Shown piece by piece: positions 29,738-39,956 of a stretch of DNA of 64,000 nt (position 1 is its first letter; each line of letters opens with the position of its first letter). This DNA is from a virus. The notes beneath the pieces are model-generated. The model searched no databases and was not told the origin of the DNA. It saw nothing but the letters and a program-made list of their open reading frames with translations. The position numbers and the translations under genes were made by a program. The DNA is taken from positions 2,507 through 66,506 of IMG/VR virus record IMGVR_UViG_3300017917_003093, one strand, 5' to 3'.

Positions 29738-30369
29738 TCAATGACGTTGAACAACGTCAAGGTTGGTGGTGGCCTCGAACAGATCAACGCTGTTGGGATT
29801 ACATGCAGACTCATCCAGATGTGCCTCAACTGATCACAGAATTTGTACCCGTAGATCAACGACGTGTGGTAGTTCAAGCTGGTGGCAACTGTGGATTTTA
29901 TCCACGACAGTACGCTCAATTGTTTGACAGAGTGTATACCTTTGAACCCGACTGGCTAAACTTCTATTGTCTTAACCTCAATGTGCCAGACTCCAACGTA
30001 GTCAAGATACAATCTTGTTTGGGAGACATACATCAAACAGTTGGGCTCAGCATCAAGAGCGTGAACCGAGGTAAGAACTTTGTAGATGGTGCTGGCGCCT
30101 ACCCTGTGTTGCGTATTGATGATCTTGCCTTGGATCAGTGTGATCTCATACAGCTAGATATCGAAGGCTATGAATATTATGCATTGTTGGGCGCAATAGA
30201 TACCATCAAAAAGTTCCATCCAGTGATCACTGTAGAGGTCTGGGACCAACTCAAAAATCGATTTGATCACAACATAAATCAAAAACTTGATGACTTGTTA
30301 AAGTCCCTAGGTTATGACCTAGTCAAGATCCTGTATGATAGTGACAGAATATATCAACATCGAGCATGA
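29734..30369 (+). CDS. FkbM-family methyltransferase
   Basis: VQAGGNCG, YTFEP, LIQLDIEGYE. Confidence 0.85.
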   Translation: MINDVEQRQGWWWPRTDQRCWDYMQTHPDVPQLITEFVPVDQRRVVVQAGGNCGFYPRQYAQLFDRVYTFEPDWLNFYCLNLNVPDSNVVKIQSCLGDIHQTVGLSIKSVNRGKNFVDGAGAYPVLRIDDLALDQCDLIQLDIEGYEYYALLGAIDTIKKFHPVITVEVWDQLKNRFDHNINQKLDDLLKSLGYDLVKILYDSDRIYQHRA

Positions 30370-31034
30370 AAAGTTATATCATCCGACTCAAACAACATGA
30401 ATTCAGTTCTGACATAGCGCAACAATGTGTGAGCCGCGCCCAGCAGTTTGGTCTTGATGTAGAGTTTTTTGACGCAGTCACTGGTAAGCAAGCTCTAGAG
30501 ATATTCCAACATCACGGAATACAAAAATATCCACACAAACTCAAAAGAAACACAGACGGGGTGCAAGGATGTGCCTGCAGCCATTACCTATTATGGAAAC
30601 AGTGTGCTCAAGATCAGACGCCTTATCTGATACTAGAACATGATGCTTACATGATTCGTCCCTTGCCAAACATGTTGGACAAGTTTGATCATGTGCTGAA
30701 ACTGGATCCTTGTGATCCGTTTGCACCCACATATGATTATGACACCGCACAAGATCATGGCATCAATATTGTACGTTATGATACTGGATGGGGTTACAAA
30801 AAGAAAGCGGCTCCTTATGGTGGCTATTTCAGAGGTGCCTGGGCCTATATAATCAAACCCAAGGCCGCGACGATGATCACACAGGCCATGGCTAACAACG
30901 GATGGGTGCCAGCAGACAAGCAGTTTGGAGAAACATTGTTAGATCTAAAAACCACGATGTCTACAGTGTTTCGTATACATCCTACCTATAACAGTGCCAA
31001 CATTGAGCAGTTGAGCCTAACACGTAACTTATGA
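30366..31034 (+). CDS. glycosyltransferase family 25-like
   Basis: YIIRL, FFDAV, GCACSHYLLW, LILEHDA, AYII.P, PAD. Confidence 0.85.
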   Translation: MKSYIIRLKQHEFSSDIAQQCVSRAQQFGLDVEFFDAVTGKQALEIFQHHGIQKYPHKLKRNTDGVQGCACSHYLLWKQCAQDQTPYLILEHDAYMIRPLPNMLDKFDHVLKLDPCDPFAPTYDYDTAQDHGINIVRYDTGWGYKKKAAPYGGYFRGAWAYIIKPKAATMITQAMANNGWVPADKQFGETLLDLKTTMSTVFRIHPTYNSANIEQLSLTRNL

Positions 31035-31822
31035 TCAAATATGCCTTTGCCCGAGACATTGCTGGCGAGCATGTGCGCTGGTCTCTCGAACCTTGGCGCC
31101 AGCGAGGATTGACCATATTTGATCGTCTGTGCGATGTGCCAGATAGTTATGTGGTAGTAGTCAGCCACTTCGCTCCATGGTGGAACCCTTTACAACAATA
31201 CATAGCCGAAGGCCGGCCTTGGATAGAAATCGAATACGGCTACTGGGGGCCTGATTCTCCTCGCCGAGAAACACGCCGAGTGACCTATCGTGGGCATCAT
31301 AATATGATTATGAGATCTGTACCTTACAGCCGCACTGATCTATTTCCACTTCCTGAGCATCAGCCTTGGAGAACCACCGCTGGGGATTATGTACTGGGAA
31401 TACAGCCAGTGGAAGAAATCTTGCAACAACGCACCGGAGAAAATCTCCAACAGTTTAGGCAACGCCTGACCAACTCTATACGTCCTTATTGGTCAGGCGA
31501 GATACGCTGGCGCAAAAAACGCGGCGGCGCAAAACCTGGTCGTTTTGACAGTTTTGTAGAGGAGTTGCACCGGGCACACGCTGTGGTTGGAGAGCGTACC
31601 ATGGCCTGTGTAGAAGCATGCCTGCTGGGGGTACCGGGCTACACCACGGATTCCAGCATGACCACTTTATTAGTGGGCGGTATAGAAAATCTAGCCACTC
31701 CGATCTGCCCGGATAGATCTGCTTGGTGGGAGCATATTTGCTGGAGCCAGTTCAATCGTGCCGAGTTTGATACTGCTGTACCAGCAGATCTAGTAGAACA
31801 ATATCAGATAGCCGATCATTAA
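31031..31822 (+). CDS. KpsS/KpsC-like (capsule-synthesis) putative glycosyltransferase, paralog 1
   Basis: IEYGY; EACLLGVP; C-terminal RSAWWEHICWSQF..E shared with four neighbours. Confidence 0.55.
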   Translation: MIKYAFARDIAGEHVRWSLEPWRQRGLTIFDRLCDVPDSYVVVVSHFAPWWNPLQQYIAEGRPWIEIEYGYWGPDSPRRETRRVTYRGHHNMIMRSVPYSRTDLFPLPEHQPWRTTAGDYVLGIQPVEEILQQRTGENLQQFRQRLTNSIRPYWSGEIRWRKKRGGAKPGRFDSFVEELHRAHAVVGERTMACVEACLLGVPGYTTDSSMTTLLVGGIENLATPICPDRSAWWEHICWSQFNRAEFDTAVPADLVEQYQIADH

Positions 31823-31827
31823 CGGCG

Positions 31828-31835
31828 TATAAATA
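31828..31835 (+). promoter_or_regulatory. full T4-type late promoter TATAAATA
   Basis: Exact T4 gp55 consensus; ATG 5 nt downstream. Confidence 0.75.
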
Positions 31836-31840
31836 TCGGC

Positions 31841-32605
31841 ATGAAAAAGATTGTTTTAGTAACCGGCGGCTTTGATCCTTTGCACAGTGGGCATATTGCC
31901 TATTTTAACGAAGCAAAAAAACTAGGAGACATCTTGGTAGTAGGAGTCAACAGCGATGCTTGGCTCACACGCAAGAAAGGCGCACCTTTCTTGCCACTGC
32001 TGGAACGCACTAACATCGTGCGCAATCTGCACATGGTCGATTATGTGATAGATTTTGATGATTCGGATGGCTCTGCTCGACGTGCCATTACCATGGTTCG
32101 TCAAAGTTATCCCCGAGACACCATTGTGTTTGCCAACGGAGGCGATCGCACCGACAACAACATTCCAGAGATGGATGTAGCCGATGACAATGTGAAGTTT
32201 GTGTTTGGTGTGGGAGGATTCAACAAAGCCAACTCCAGTTCATGGATTTTAGAAGAATGGAAAGCACCTTGTACCAAAAGACCTTGGGGATACTATCGAG
32301 TGTTACACGATGTGGCAGGCACCAAGGTCAAAGAACTCACAGTGGAGCCAGGTCAAAGACTTAGCATGCAACGTCATCAACAGCGGGCCGAGCATTGGTT
32401 TGTTTCGGAAGGCACAGCCACAGTCTACACCATTGACAGAAAAAGTGATGCTGAACTCTTGGGAGAGTTTGGTACACATCAGCACATACATATAGATCGT
32501 GGCGAATGGCATCAACTGTGTAATCTCACGGATGAGCCTTTGCGGGTGGTAGAAATACAGTACGGCGATAGTTGCGTGGAAAATGACATAGAAAGAAAAC
32601 CATGA
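31841..32605 (+). CDS. cytidylyltransferase-like (RfaE/TagD, HxGH) fused to mannose-6-phosphate isomerase-type cupin
   Basis: TGGFDPLHSGH, VGVNSD, FANGGDR; RPWG, LSMQRH..RAEHW, VEIQYG. Confidence 0.9.
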   Translation: MKKIVLVTGGFDPLHSGHIAYFNEAKKLGDILVVGVNSDAWLTRKKGAPFLPLLERTNIVRNLHMVDYVIDFDDSDGSARRAITMVRQSYPRDTIVFANGGDRTDNNIPEMDVADDNVKFVFGVGGFNKANSSSWILEEWKAPCTKRPWGYYRVLHDVAGTKVKELTVEPGQRLSMQRHQQRAEHWFVSEGTATVYTIDRKSDAELLGEFGTHQHIHIDRGEWHQLCNLTDEPLRVVEIQYGDSCVENDIERKP

Positions 32606-33288
32606 CACCTATTCCAATTTTCATAGGGTATGATCCTAGAGAAGCAGTGGCTTATCATACCTGTGTCAACAGTATAATCCGACATGCCAGCCAACCAGTG
32701 GCTATCATGCCCTTGGCATTGAATTTGTTTACCGACTACACAGAAACCCACACTGACGGATCAAATCATTTTATCTATTCTAGATTTCTAGTACCTCATC
32801 TCATGAGTTATCTAGGATGGGCTATATTCATTGATGGAGACATGATCCTACGCGATGACATCGTGAAACTTTGGAATCTCCGAGAAGGCAACAAGGATGT
32901 CATGGTAGTCAAGCATGATTACAAGACTCGCATGCCAATAAAATATCTTGGTTCCAAAAACGAAGATTATCCACGCAAAAACTGGTCGAGCGTGATCTTG
33001 TGGAACTGCTCATCTTGGCCCAACCGGAGACTCACTCCAGAATTTATACAATCGGCTACCGGAGCACAACTACATCGTTTCTCTTGGGTGACCGATGATC
33101 GCATAGGTGAATTGCCCATTGAATGGAACTGGTTACCGGATGAATTTGGAGCCAACCCTGATGCCAAGCTGTTGCACTATACCCTGGGTACACCTTGTTT
33201 CCATGAGTTTGCTGACACTCCGCAAGCAGAGGAGTGGCACAGAGAGCACATGCTCACAGATTACTGTCTACAACGCACACAAAAATGA
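32602..33288 (+). CDS. GT-A glycosyltransferase (GT8-like)
   Basis: IFIGYDPRE, SRFLVP, FIDGDM, YPRKNWSS, LHYTLGTP. Confidence 0.8.
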   Translation: MTPIPIFIGYDPREAVAYHTCVNSIIRHASQPVAIMPLALNLFTDYTETHTDGSNHFIYSRFLVPHLMSYLGWAIFIDGDMILRDDIVKLWNLREGNKDVMVVKHDYKTRMPIKYLGSKNEDYPRKNWSSVILWNCSSWPNRRLTPEFIQSATGAQLHRFSWVTDDRIGELPIEWNWLPDEFGANPDAKLLHYTLGTPCFHEFADTPQAEEWHREHMLTDYCLQRTQK

Positions 33289-34097
33289 TTGATCACCCCG
33301 ATCAAGTGTTGTGTATTGATCGCAAATCCCCGCACAGCACAGTTGACCCAAGACAGACGGCATTTGTCAATAGATTTGCTGCAGGATGTCATGGAGTAGT
33401 GACCAGTCTTATAGAGGCCCGCAGTGCTCCTTTGTCCAATCCTTGGTGCATACGTGGCATGAAATATGCGTTGGCAGTGGCCGAATGCATAGACTCCAAA
33501 CGCACATTGTACTACATCGACAATGGGTATTTTGGCAATCAAGACAAAAAAATCTATTTTAGAATCATCAAAGACGATGTGCATGACACTCGGCCCATTA
33601 TAGCTCGAGACCGAACAAGATTGGATCTTTGTCAGATAAATCTAAAAAAGTTTACCACTGGAAGAAAAATCTTAATAGCCCCGCCCAGTGCAAAAAGTTT
33701 TACCATGTGGGCCATTGATCAGGATCAGTGGATTCAAGAAACTATGGACGAAATCAAACGTCACACAGATCGGCCTATTGAAATACGCATGAAACGTCCT
33801 AGGACTGAACGCTTGGCTGTGGATACCATGGAGCAGGCTCTAGCAGATGACATACATTGCCTAGTGACCTACAACAGTGTGGCAGCATGTGAAGCCATAA
33901 TGCTGGGTAAACCTGCCATCACTTTGGGACCAAATGCAGCCTGTCAACTATCATCCCATCGCATTGAAGACATAGAAACACCCCACATACCTTCACTAGA
34001 TGAACGCGAAGCATGGCTTCGCCATCTCAGCTACAGTCAGTTTACGTTTGATGAAATGAGCAACGGATACGCCTGGCGTATTCTAAATGAACGGTAA
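33285..34097 (+). CDS. KpsS/KpsC-like putative glycosyltransferase, paralog 2
   Basis: YIDNGYF, TDRPIEIR, VTYNSVAACEAIMLGKP, REAWLRHLSYSQFT..E..G. Confidence 0.6.
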   Translation: MIDHPDQVLCIDRKSPHSTVDPRQTAFVNRFAAGCHGVVTSLIEARSAPLSNPWCIRGMKYALAVAECIDSKRTLYYIDNGYFGNQDKKIYFRIIKDDVHDTRPIIARDRTRLDLCQINLKKFTTGRKILIAPPSAKSFTMWAIDQDQWIQETMDEIKRHTDRPIEIRMKRPRTERLAVDTMEQALADDIHCLVTYNSVAACEAIMLGKPAITLGPNAACQLSSHRIEDIETPHIPSLDEREAWLRHLSYSQFTFDEMSNGYAWRILNER

Positions 34098-34982
34098 GAA
34101 TCGCTGATAGATCGCACCGGTTGCGCTTTCCTCGTCAGTCCAGTGTGCAGCGCTGAGATCGTGCAACCATTGTGTTCTATCTGGCATAACTGGTGATTCG
34201 ATTTGATTCAAGTCTTGGTTGGCCACAGACCAGGCCACACAATCATCATCAGTGGCAAACACAGGAATACCAGCCAACGCTGCTGCTACACTGCTGGAAC
34301 TGTTGCAAAATACTGCTGCCCAAGCTCCTGCTAGATCTTGTTGTAGACTGCGACTTGGTGCACTTTGGCTTACTCCCGACAATGCAGTCAGCTCTTTTAG
34401 GTCCATGTGATGTTTTGGGTGTGGACGTATCACAATGGGTCTGGTGGTAATGGATCTCAATCGTCGCACAGTCTGCTCGGTCCAATGAGTCATATCCGTT
34501 CCTTTCATTGACCAACCTCCGTCGCGTTGTAGGCACACTAATATATGATCTCCACGATCTCTCCAAGGGCGTAGATCAAGTTCCAGATGTTGTTTTATGC
34601 GGTGCCATTTAGAAGCATCACTGTTGGTGTTGGCATAGTTGTTGGTGTTGTAAAACACTCCGTCAAGACTGTAGCGTAAAAAATAACTTTCAGGATCTGC
34701 AAACTTAAAACAACTGGCATCAACAGGCATGACATGATTGCCTGTTCGTCGTTGATGGTCTATCACATTCTGTCGTAGTTGTATGTGTGGTCCACGTATG
34801 GTAGTACCAACCCAACCCAGTATCACAGCTAATCTACAAGGTACTACCTGTGTCTGTGTTTGAGTCAACACCCGAGCACCTTGAGCCTGGGCACCAGTAA
34901 CAAAAGCTCGCAGTACTTCAACTTTGCGATTGCGGTCAGAGATCCTGGGTAAACTAGAAAGATAAACTACAACATCATACAT
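34083..34982 (-). CDS. KpsS/KpsC-like putative glycosyltransferase, paralog 3
   Basis: ILVCLQ, RPIVIRPHP, NSSSSVAAALAGIPVF, RTQWLHDLSAAHWT..E..G. Confidence 0.6.
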   Translation of the reverse strand: MYDVVVYLSSLPRISDRNRKVEVLRAFVTGAQAQGARVLTQTQTQVVPCRLAVILGWVGTTIRGPHIQLRQNVIDHQRRTGNHVMPVDASCFKFADPESYFLRYSLDGVFYNTNNYANTNSDASKWHRIKQHLELDLRPWRDRGDHILVCLQRDGGWSMKGTDMTHWTEQTVRRLRSITTRPIVIRPHPKHHMDLKELTALSGVSQSAPSRSLQQDLAGAWAAVFCNSSSSVAAALAGIPVFATDDDCVAWSVANQDLNQIESPVMPDRTQWLHDLSAAHWTDEESATGAIYQRFLPFI

Positions 34983-36051
34983 GATAACGTTTTGTCAACT
35001 CCAAGGCAGTTCCGTCAAACATTTCTTTTTTGGTGAATTGGCTGTAGCTCAATGCACACAACCAGTTACCGATGGACCCACGATATAGGTCATTGATGTC
35101 TGATATTCGAGTGCGAGCCACAGATTGTGAAATGTGTTGGTTCAATGTGATGACAGGAATCCCGGCCCATACCGCTTCTATGGCAGAACAACTGGCATCG
35201 ACAACTACACAATAATAATCGGATTCTCTTAGATGATTGTAAAGATTGTCACGAGTTTTACGATCAGGATTCTTGGGTCTAAACACCACTGGTCGATTGG
35301 TGTGTAACTGTAGTTCTGCCAGCACACGATGCTTCCATTGTTCTAGACTGGTGCCAAATAACTGATGATGAGATTGGCTGTTTTCGATAACTAAAACAGC
35401 CTCACCGTCGCGCCTCCAAGGTGACGGCATGCTGGGCAACAGATGTAATCTATCAGCAGGATAGTAGATTTTTTTGCCTAGAGCATGGTGTATATGATTG
35501 GCTACCAGTCTATGAAAAGTTTTGGCACCAGTTAAAAAGTTGGTGTAACCAGTATCAACAAACCAAAATGGTAACTGATTGGCCATGCGATGTTGCAACA
35601 ATGTTTCGTTGTTGAGTATGTTTCTTATCAATACGTTGCGATCGTCTGGTATCGGATCTCCGGAAATGGTCCATATTGGATCATCAGTGAACTGGGGAGC
35701 AAGATTTTTTATAAAATCTTTTTTAGAAGACTTGAGATACAGATCTATCAGATATTGATGATCTATGCCCAGATCATCGAACTTGTTAGCCAACCAGCGG
35801 ATCACAGGACGATATTTGTTTTTGTATGCTCCAACCACTTCGTCTTTGTAGCATTCGACATCCTGTCTTAACAGTTGATTGACTGTGGCAAAATCCACTT
35901 CGATCAGTCCAGATTTGACCTGTCGTAGTTGCATCTTGTCAAGGTACTGGGTGGTATTAGCCCAGGAAGGTCGTAGTTGGTTGAGATGTTCGGATATGAG
36001 CTGTTTGGCCAACCCAACCACGGCCTCTTCTCGGTTCAGTACAAGATACAT
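34975..36051 (-). CDS. KpsS/KpsC-like putative glycosyltransferase, paralog 4 (N-terminal extension)
   Basis: FVDTGY, TNRPVVFRPK, SCSAIEAVWAGIP, WLCALSYSQFTKKE..G. Confidence 0.6.
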   Translation of the reverse strand: MYLVLNREEAVVGLAKQLISEHLNQLRPSWANTTQYLDKMQLRQVKSGLIEVDFATVNQLLRQDVECYKDEVVGAYKNKYRPVIRWLANKFDDLGIDHQYLIDLYLKSSKKDFIKNLAPQFTDDPIWTISGDPIPDDRNVLIRNILNNETLLQHRMANQLPFWFVDTGYTNFLTGAKTFHRLVANHIHHALGKKIYYPADRLHLLPSMPSPWRRDGEAVLVIENSQSHHQLFGTSLEQWKHRVLAELQLHTNRPVVFRPKNPDRKTRDNLYNHLRESDYYCVVVDASCSAIEAVWAGIPVITLNQHISQSVARTRISDINDLYRGSIGNWLCALSYSQFTKKEMFDGTALELTKRYHV

Positions 36052-36052
36052 T

Positions 36053-36703
36053 TTACCAACCCAAGATTACGTCGTTTCTTATACGGTCTAGCTCTCGTGC
36101 GCCCCATTGCTTCAGCAGATCTACCGCTTCATATTGTGTAAAACGTGTTATGCCAGTGTCTTTGTGCAGTTTTTGTTCCACTACCATGATTGGTCGATGG
36201 GTCTTGATGGTCTGTTCTGCGCCTAGCAGTATGTTGTATTCAAATCCTTCGCAATCAATTTTGCAATAATCAAACTTGGGCAATGCCAGAGCATCCAGCC
36301 GGTGCATGGGTATGCTTCCTTGACCTCGGCTGTCTAGGTTCACATGACTGTGTCCGGTGTTTTCTGCTGTGATGTTCATGTCTATCATGGTATCTTCATT
36401 GCCCAATGCACATTCACGTAGATCTAGATTGTCTCGAGGTACATTTAGTTTCAAGCATTGTCTAAAATCAGCTACAGGTTCAAACGCAATGACTTGATCA
36501 AAGTACAAAGACAAATCTCTACACCATAGTCCTACATTGGCACCAATGTCTACAGCGATGCCTCTATTGGGAGTGAGTTCAATACTACGTCGACGCACAG
36601 GCTCTTGATATACTGCACCACCACCTTTTTTGATATTTTTGGCTAGCATTCCTGCGAAGTGGGTGTCTTGGTCAGGAAACCACCATCCGTGAGCTTGATA
36701 CAT
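36053..36703 (-). CDS. FkbM-family methyltransferase
   Basis: VDIGANVG, AFEP, KIDCEGFE. Confidence 0.9.
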   Translation of the reverse strand: MYQAHGWWFPDQDTHFAGMLAKNIKKGGGAVYQEPVRRRSIELTPNRGIAVDIGANVGLWCRDLSLYFDQVIAFEPVADFRQCLKLNVPRDNLDLRECALGNEDTMIDMNITAENTGHSHVNLDSRGQGSIPMHRLDALALPKFDYCKIDCEGFEYNILLGAEQTIKTHRPIMVVEQKLHKDTGITRFTQYEAVDLLKQWGARELDRIRNDVILGW

Positions 36704-36704
36704 G

Positions 36705-37529
36705 TTATCGTCTTCCTTTGCTTAACACCTGAGACCAGTAAGGGTTGTCTTGATGCATGACTACTTCTTTGGGTTTAGAATGTCCTTCATTCTTTCGATC
36801 TCCTTTGACATGGTCCATATATCGTCCTAGTTCTGAATTTATAAAAGGATGCCCGGCCAGACCCTTGTCGTTGACACTGGGATTTAGATTAAAAAACTTG
36901 TTGTGATTTTGATATCTTTTGCGTACCACGTCCCAGATATAACTGTCGTGCCATTCTCGTTCTTCAAATATTTTATCAGTGTTATACATGCTCACAAACT
37001 CCTTTATGAAGTTTCGTGTCTGTGCGTGATCTAGATTGTAACCTACCCAACCGCATTCGCTGTGATAACGTTCGCCGCGCCCTAGATAACTGATCATGGC
37101 ATCCGAGGGACAAACAGTTTCTAACCATAACAGCGGCACCGGAGCATGAGTGTGGGTGTCTGCGTCCAACCAAATCATGTAACCACCGTCTAGAGACTTT
37201 TCACACAAGCTGACTGAAAATACTTTGTAACAGAATCTCACTGCATTCCATCTGAATGCTTTTTTTGGATTCCAGGTTTCGGCAGGTCCAGCTTGACCAT
37301 GTGCCAGCGGGTTGTTTCGGTGTCGTTCCACAAAGGATCTAAGATTTGGGCTCACGGCCAATAGATCATATACATGAGTATTGGACCTGGTGATACGAGG
37401 CTGACAGTTTTCAGCGCAAACTACAAGATCTACTTCGGCAGGCCACAGGCGCTCAAAAGTTTCTATCATGCGCTGACCGTATTGTTTTAGACCTGATTCG
37501 TTGAAGGAGGTAACTACAGTATATTTCAT
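36705..37529 (-). CDS. putative GT-A glycosyltransferase
   Basis: WLDADT DxD motif, WHDSYIWD, DHVKG; TAAATA 6 nt upstream on minus strand. Confidence 0.65.
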   Translation of the reverse strand: MKYTVVTSFNESGLKQYGQRMIETFERLWPAEVDLVVCAENCQPRITRSNTHVYDLLAVSPNLRSFVERHRNNPLAHGQAGPAETWNPKKAFRWNAVRFCYKVFSVSLCEKSLDGGYMIWLDADTHTHAPVPLLWLETVCPSDAMISYLGRGERYHSECGWVGYNLDHAQTRNFIKEFVSMYNTDKIFEEREWHDSYIWDVVRKRYQNHNKFFNLNPSVNDKGLAGHPFINSELGRYMDHVKGDRKNEGHSKPKEVVMHQDNPYWSQVLSKGRR

Positions 37530-37541
37530 CCTGGATATTTA

Positions 37542-38402
37542 GTGATCAAATCAGTGGCCTATTTTCCTTTGCAGTGTGCTCAAAACAGCGGTCCAGTCAT
37601 GACGGCTGTATTAGATTCCCTGCATCGCGCAGGTATACACGCCCAAGAAAACAGCCGGTCTTCAGATGCGGCTATAATATGGTCGGTACTGTGGGCAGGC
37701 CGCATGGCCCCAAATCAAGAGGTATGGAATCATTACAGACAACTCAATCGGCCTGTGATAGTGATAGACGTGGGTGCCTTATATCGAGGTGAAACCTGGA
37801 AGATAGCTCTGAACTCTATCACAGCCCAGGGCTATTATGGACATACCGAAAACCTTGACTGGGATCGCCCGCGTCGTTTAGGCATAACAGAAGCTGTGAA
37901 CTTTACCAGAAATCCCAACATCGTGATCGCAGCACAGCATGCTCAAAGCCTACAGGTGGCTGATCTGGTCAGCGTAGAATCATGGATAGTGGAGCAGGTG
38001 GAAAAACTTAGGAAAGTCACTGACCGACCCATTGTAGTCCGACCGCATCCTAGAAGTGCATTGAACACAGCCAAACTGGCAAGTTTGCCTGGTGATATTG
38101 TTATTGAACAACCTAAAAAAATCATCAATACCTATGACAGTTACAATCTAGTATTTGATTGTCACGCTCTTGTCAATCACAACTCAGGCCCGGGAATACA
38201 GGCTGCGTTGGCAGGTACCCGTCCCATAGTGGATACCAGCAGCCTGGCACATCCTGTGTCGATCTCGATTCAGGATATTGACAAACCTTACAACATAGAT
38301 CGACACCAATGGTTGGTTGAAATTTGTCACACCGAATATACCTTAGAAGAAATCAAACAAGGCCTATGGCTACAACGATTACAAACTCAACTGGACCTAT
38401 AG
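37542..38402 (+). CDS. KpsS/KpsC-like putative glycosyltransferase, paralog 5
   Basis: VIDVG, IAAQ, TDRPIVVRPHP, NHNSGPGIQAALAG, RHQWLVEICHTEYT..E..G. Confidence 0.6.
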   Translation: MIKSVAYFPLQCAQNSGPVMTAVLDSLHRAGIHAQENSRSSDAAIIWSVLWAGRMAPNQEVWNHYRQLNRPVIVIDVGALYRGETWKIALNSITAQGYYGHTENLDWDRPRRLGITEAVNFTRNPNIVIAAQHAQSLQVADLVSVESWIVEQVEKLRKVTDRPIVVRPHPRSALNTAKLASLPGDIVIEQPKKIINTYDSYNLVFDCHALVNHNSGPGIQAALAGTRPIVDTSSLAHPVSISIQDIDKPYNIDRHQWLVEICHTEYTLEEIKQGLWLQRLQTQLDL

Positions 38403-39100
38403 ACTGCGCCTGTGTGATACATGGCACAGCCTATGATTGGACCTATGTAGAACGTCTGCACAACATGTTGAGTAGACACATCACTCCAGGTATCCGACTG
38501 CATGTGTATACCGAATCAGAAAGACCAGTTCCTGCTCCTATGATCAAACATGAGCTTGAACCCTGGAATATAACTCGGGCTCGTCGCGGATGGTGGTACA
38601 AGATGCAGATGTTTAATTCTGCGCATCACTCTGGTCCGTTGCTATATTTTGATCTGGATACCGTGATAGTCAGCAACATTGATTGGATATGGCAACAACC
38701 ATTGAAATATTTCTGGGCAGTGCGTGATTTCAAATACCTCTGGCGCCCAACACATACTGGTATCAACAGCAGCGTGATGTGGTGGGATACTTCAAAGTAT
38801 CACAAAGTTTGGCAAGATTTTTGTCAACAGGATCTACAACAGATTATGCGTCGTTATCACGGAGACCAAGATTATATCACCCAGGCGGTGGCCCAGAATC
38901 AACGTAGATTTTTACCTCAAGAACGAGTGCTGAGTTGGCGATGGCAATGCCAAGATGGTGGTTATGATTTCCGGCGCCGTCGAGGGCACACACCGGGCAC
39001 AGGCACCACGCTCACCGACATGGCCAGTGTTCTGGTGTTTCATGGCAACCCCAAACCAAACCAAGTAGCAGATAAATTGGTACAAGCCCACTGGTGCTAA
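38366..39100 (+). CDS. GT-A glycosyltransferase
   Basis: WWYKMQMF, LYFDLDTVI, NSSVMWW, GDQDYI, VFHGNPKP. Confidence 0.8.
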   Translation: MATTITNSTGPIDCACVIHGTAYDWTYVERLHNMLSRHITPGIRLHVYTESERPVPAPMIKHELEPWNITRARRGWWYKMQMFNSAHHSGPLLYFDLDTVIVSNIDWIWQQPLKYFWAVRDFKYLWRPTHTGINSSVMWWDTSKYHKVWQDFCQQDLQQIMRRYHGDQDYITQAVAQNQRRFLPQERVLSWRWQCQDGGYDFRRRRGHTPGTGTTLTDMASVLVFHGNPKPNQVADKLVQAHWC

Positions 39101-39123
39101 TAAATAGAATCCAGGAGACAACA

Positions 39124-39900
39124 TTGATAGAAAACAGAACTTATAGATTTTATGGTGTCGGGTGTGGTGTCACTCCGGTGTCGGTTACTGCCACAGTGGG
39201 TGGTGATCAAGTATTTTCCGGCACGGTGCCCACACAGGATATCGATATCAAATCGCCCCCGTCGGCCAGCGAAATAAGAACAGTATTGTTTGAAATAGCA
39301 AACAGTCGTGTCTATGGAACTCAGTTTCAAGGCAATGTTCCTGTCAAGTTGGAGGTCTCTGGTGGGGATGGCATAATCCTGGGGTACATAGAATCAAACT
39401 GGTATTCTGGAAAAAGGAAAACAGACACCAAAGCAGGACAACCGGACAAATTCAATCTATGTTATTACGGTGTTCCAGCCAACAGCGAAACTACCACAGA
39501 TCCCAGATCTAGCGTGACTATCAATGGTGAAATCCAGGTTCCGCCCATGGTACCTTCTACCGGGTGTTGGAGATGGGTAATACCCACTCCTTGTACCATC
39601 ACTCACGATTGGAACATTGGTATAGGACAAGTTGGCGAAGTGTTGGGAAATATCGAATATTTTGCCGGAGACAGTTCCACTACTACGTTTGCTCTGCGTC
39701 AAGTGGTTCGATCATTGGATGACATTGAAGTTTCTTTGATATTAGAACCTTATGTACCTCCTGCACAGTTTGATACTCCACTGACTCCGGGAGTGGATTA
39801 CACAGTGTCCGGCAACATGTTGACCTTCACAGTTCCACCACCGCCACCGCCTATGCCCGAATATGACGGCGTGCGAGTGACCTACAAAACCAATCAATAA
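39124..39900 (+). CDS. putative virion surface protein (beta-rich, C-terminal baseplate-like repeat, poly-Pro)
   Basis: TAAATA 39101, GGAG SD, TTG start; FAGDSSTTTFAL...PGVDYTVSGNMLTFTVPPPPPP. Confidence 0.55.
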   Translation: MIENRTYRFYGVGCGVTPVSVTATVGGDQVFSGTVPTQDIDIKSPPSASEIRTVLFEIANSRVYGTQFQGNVPVKLEVSGGDGIILGYIESNWYSGKRKTDTKAGQPDKFNLCYYGVPANSETTTDPRSSVTINGEIQVPPMVPSTGCWRWVIPTPCTITHDWNIGIGQVGEVLGNIEYFAGDSSTTTFALRQVVRSLDDIEVSLILEPYVPPAQFDTPLTPGVDYTVSGNMLTFTVPPPPPPMPEYDGVRVTYKTNQ

Positions 39901-39922
39901 CCCTGCCAAGAGCAGGGTTTTT
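39899..39922 (+). terminator. intrinsic terminator
   Basis: CCCTGC-CAAGA-GCAGGG followed by TTTTT. Confidence 0.8.
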
Positions 39923-39927
39923 CATGG

Positions 39928-39956
39928 TTGACCAAAAATATCCATTTTGCTATACT
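39928..39956 (+). promoter_or_regulatory. early sigma70-type promoter 1
   Basis: TTGACC-N17-TATACT with TG extension. Confidence 0.8.
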
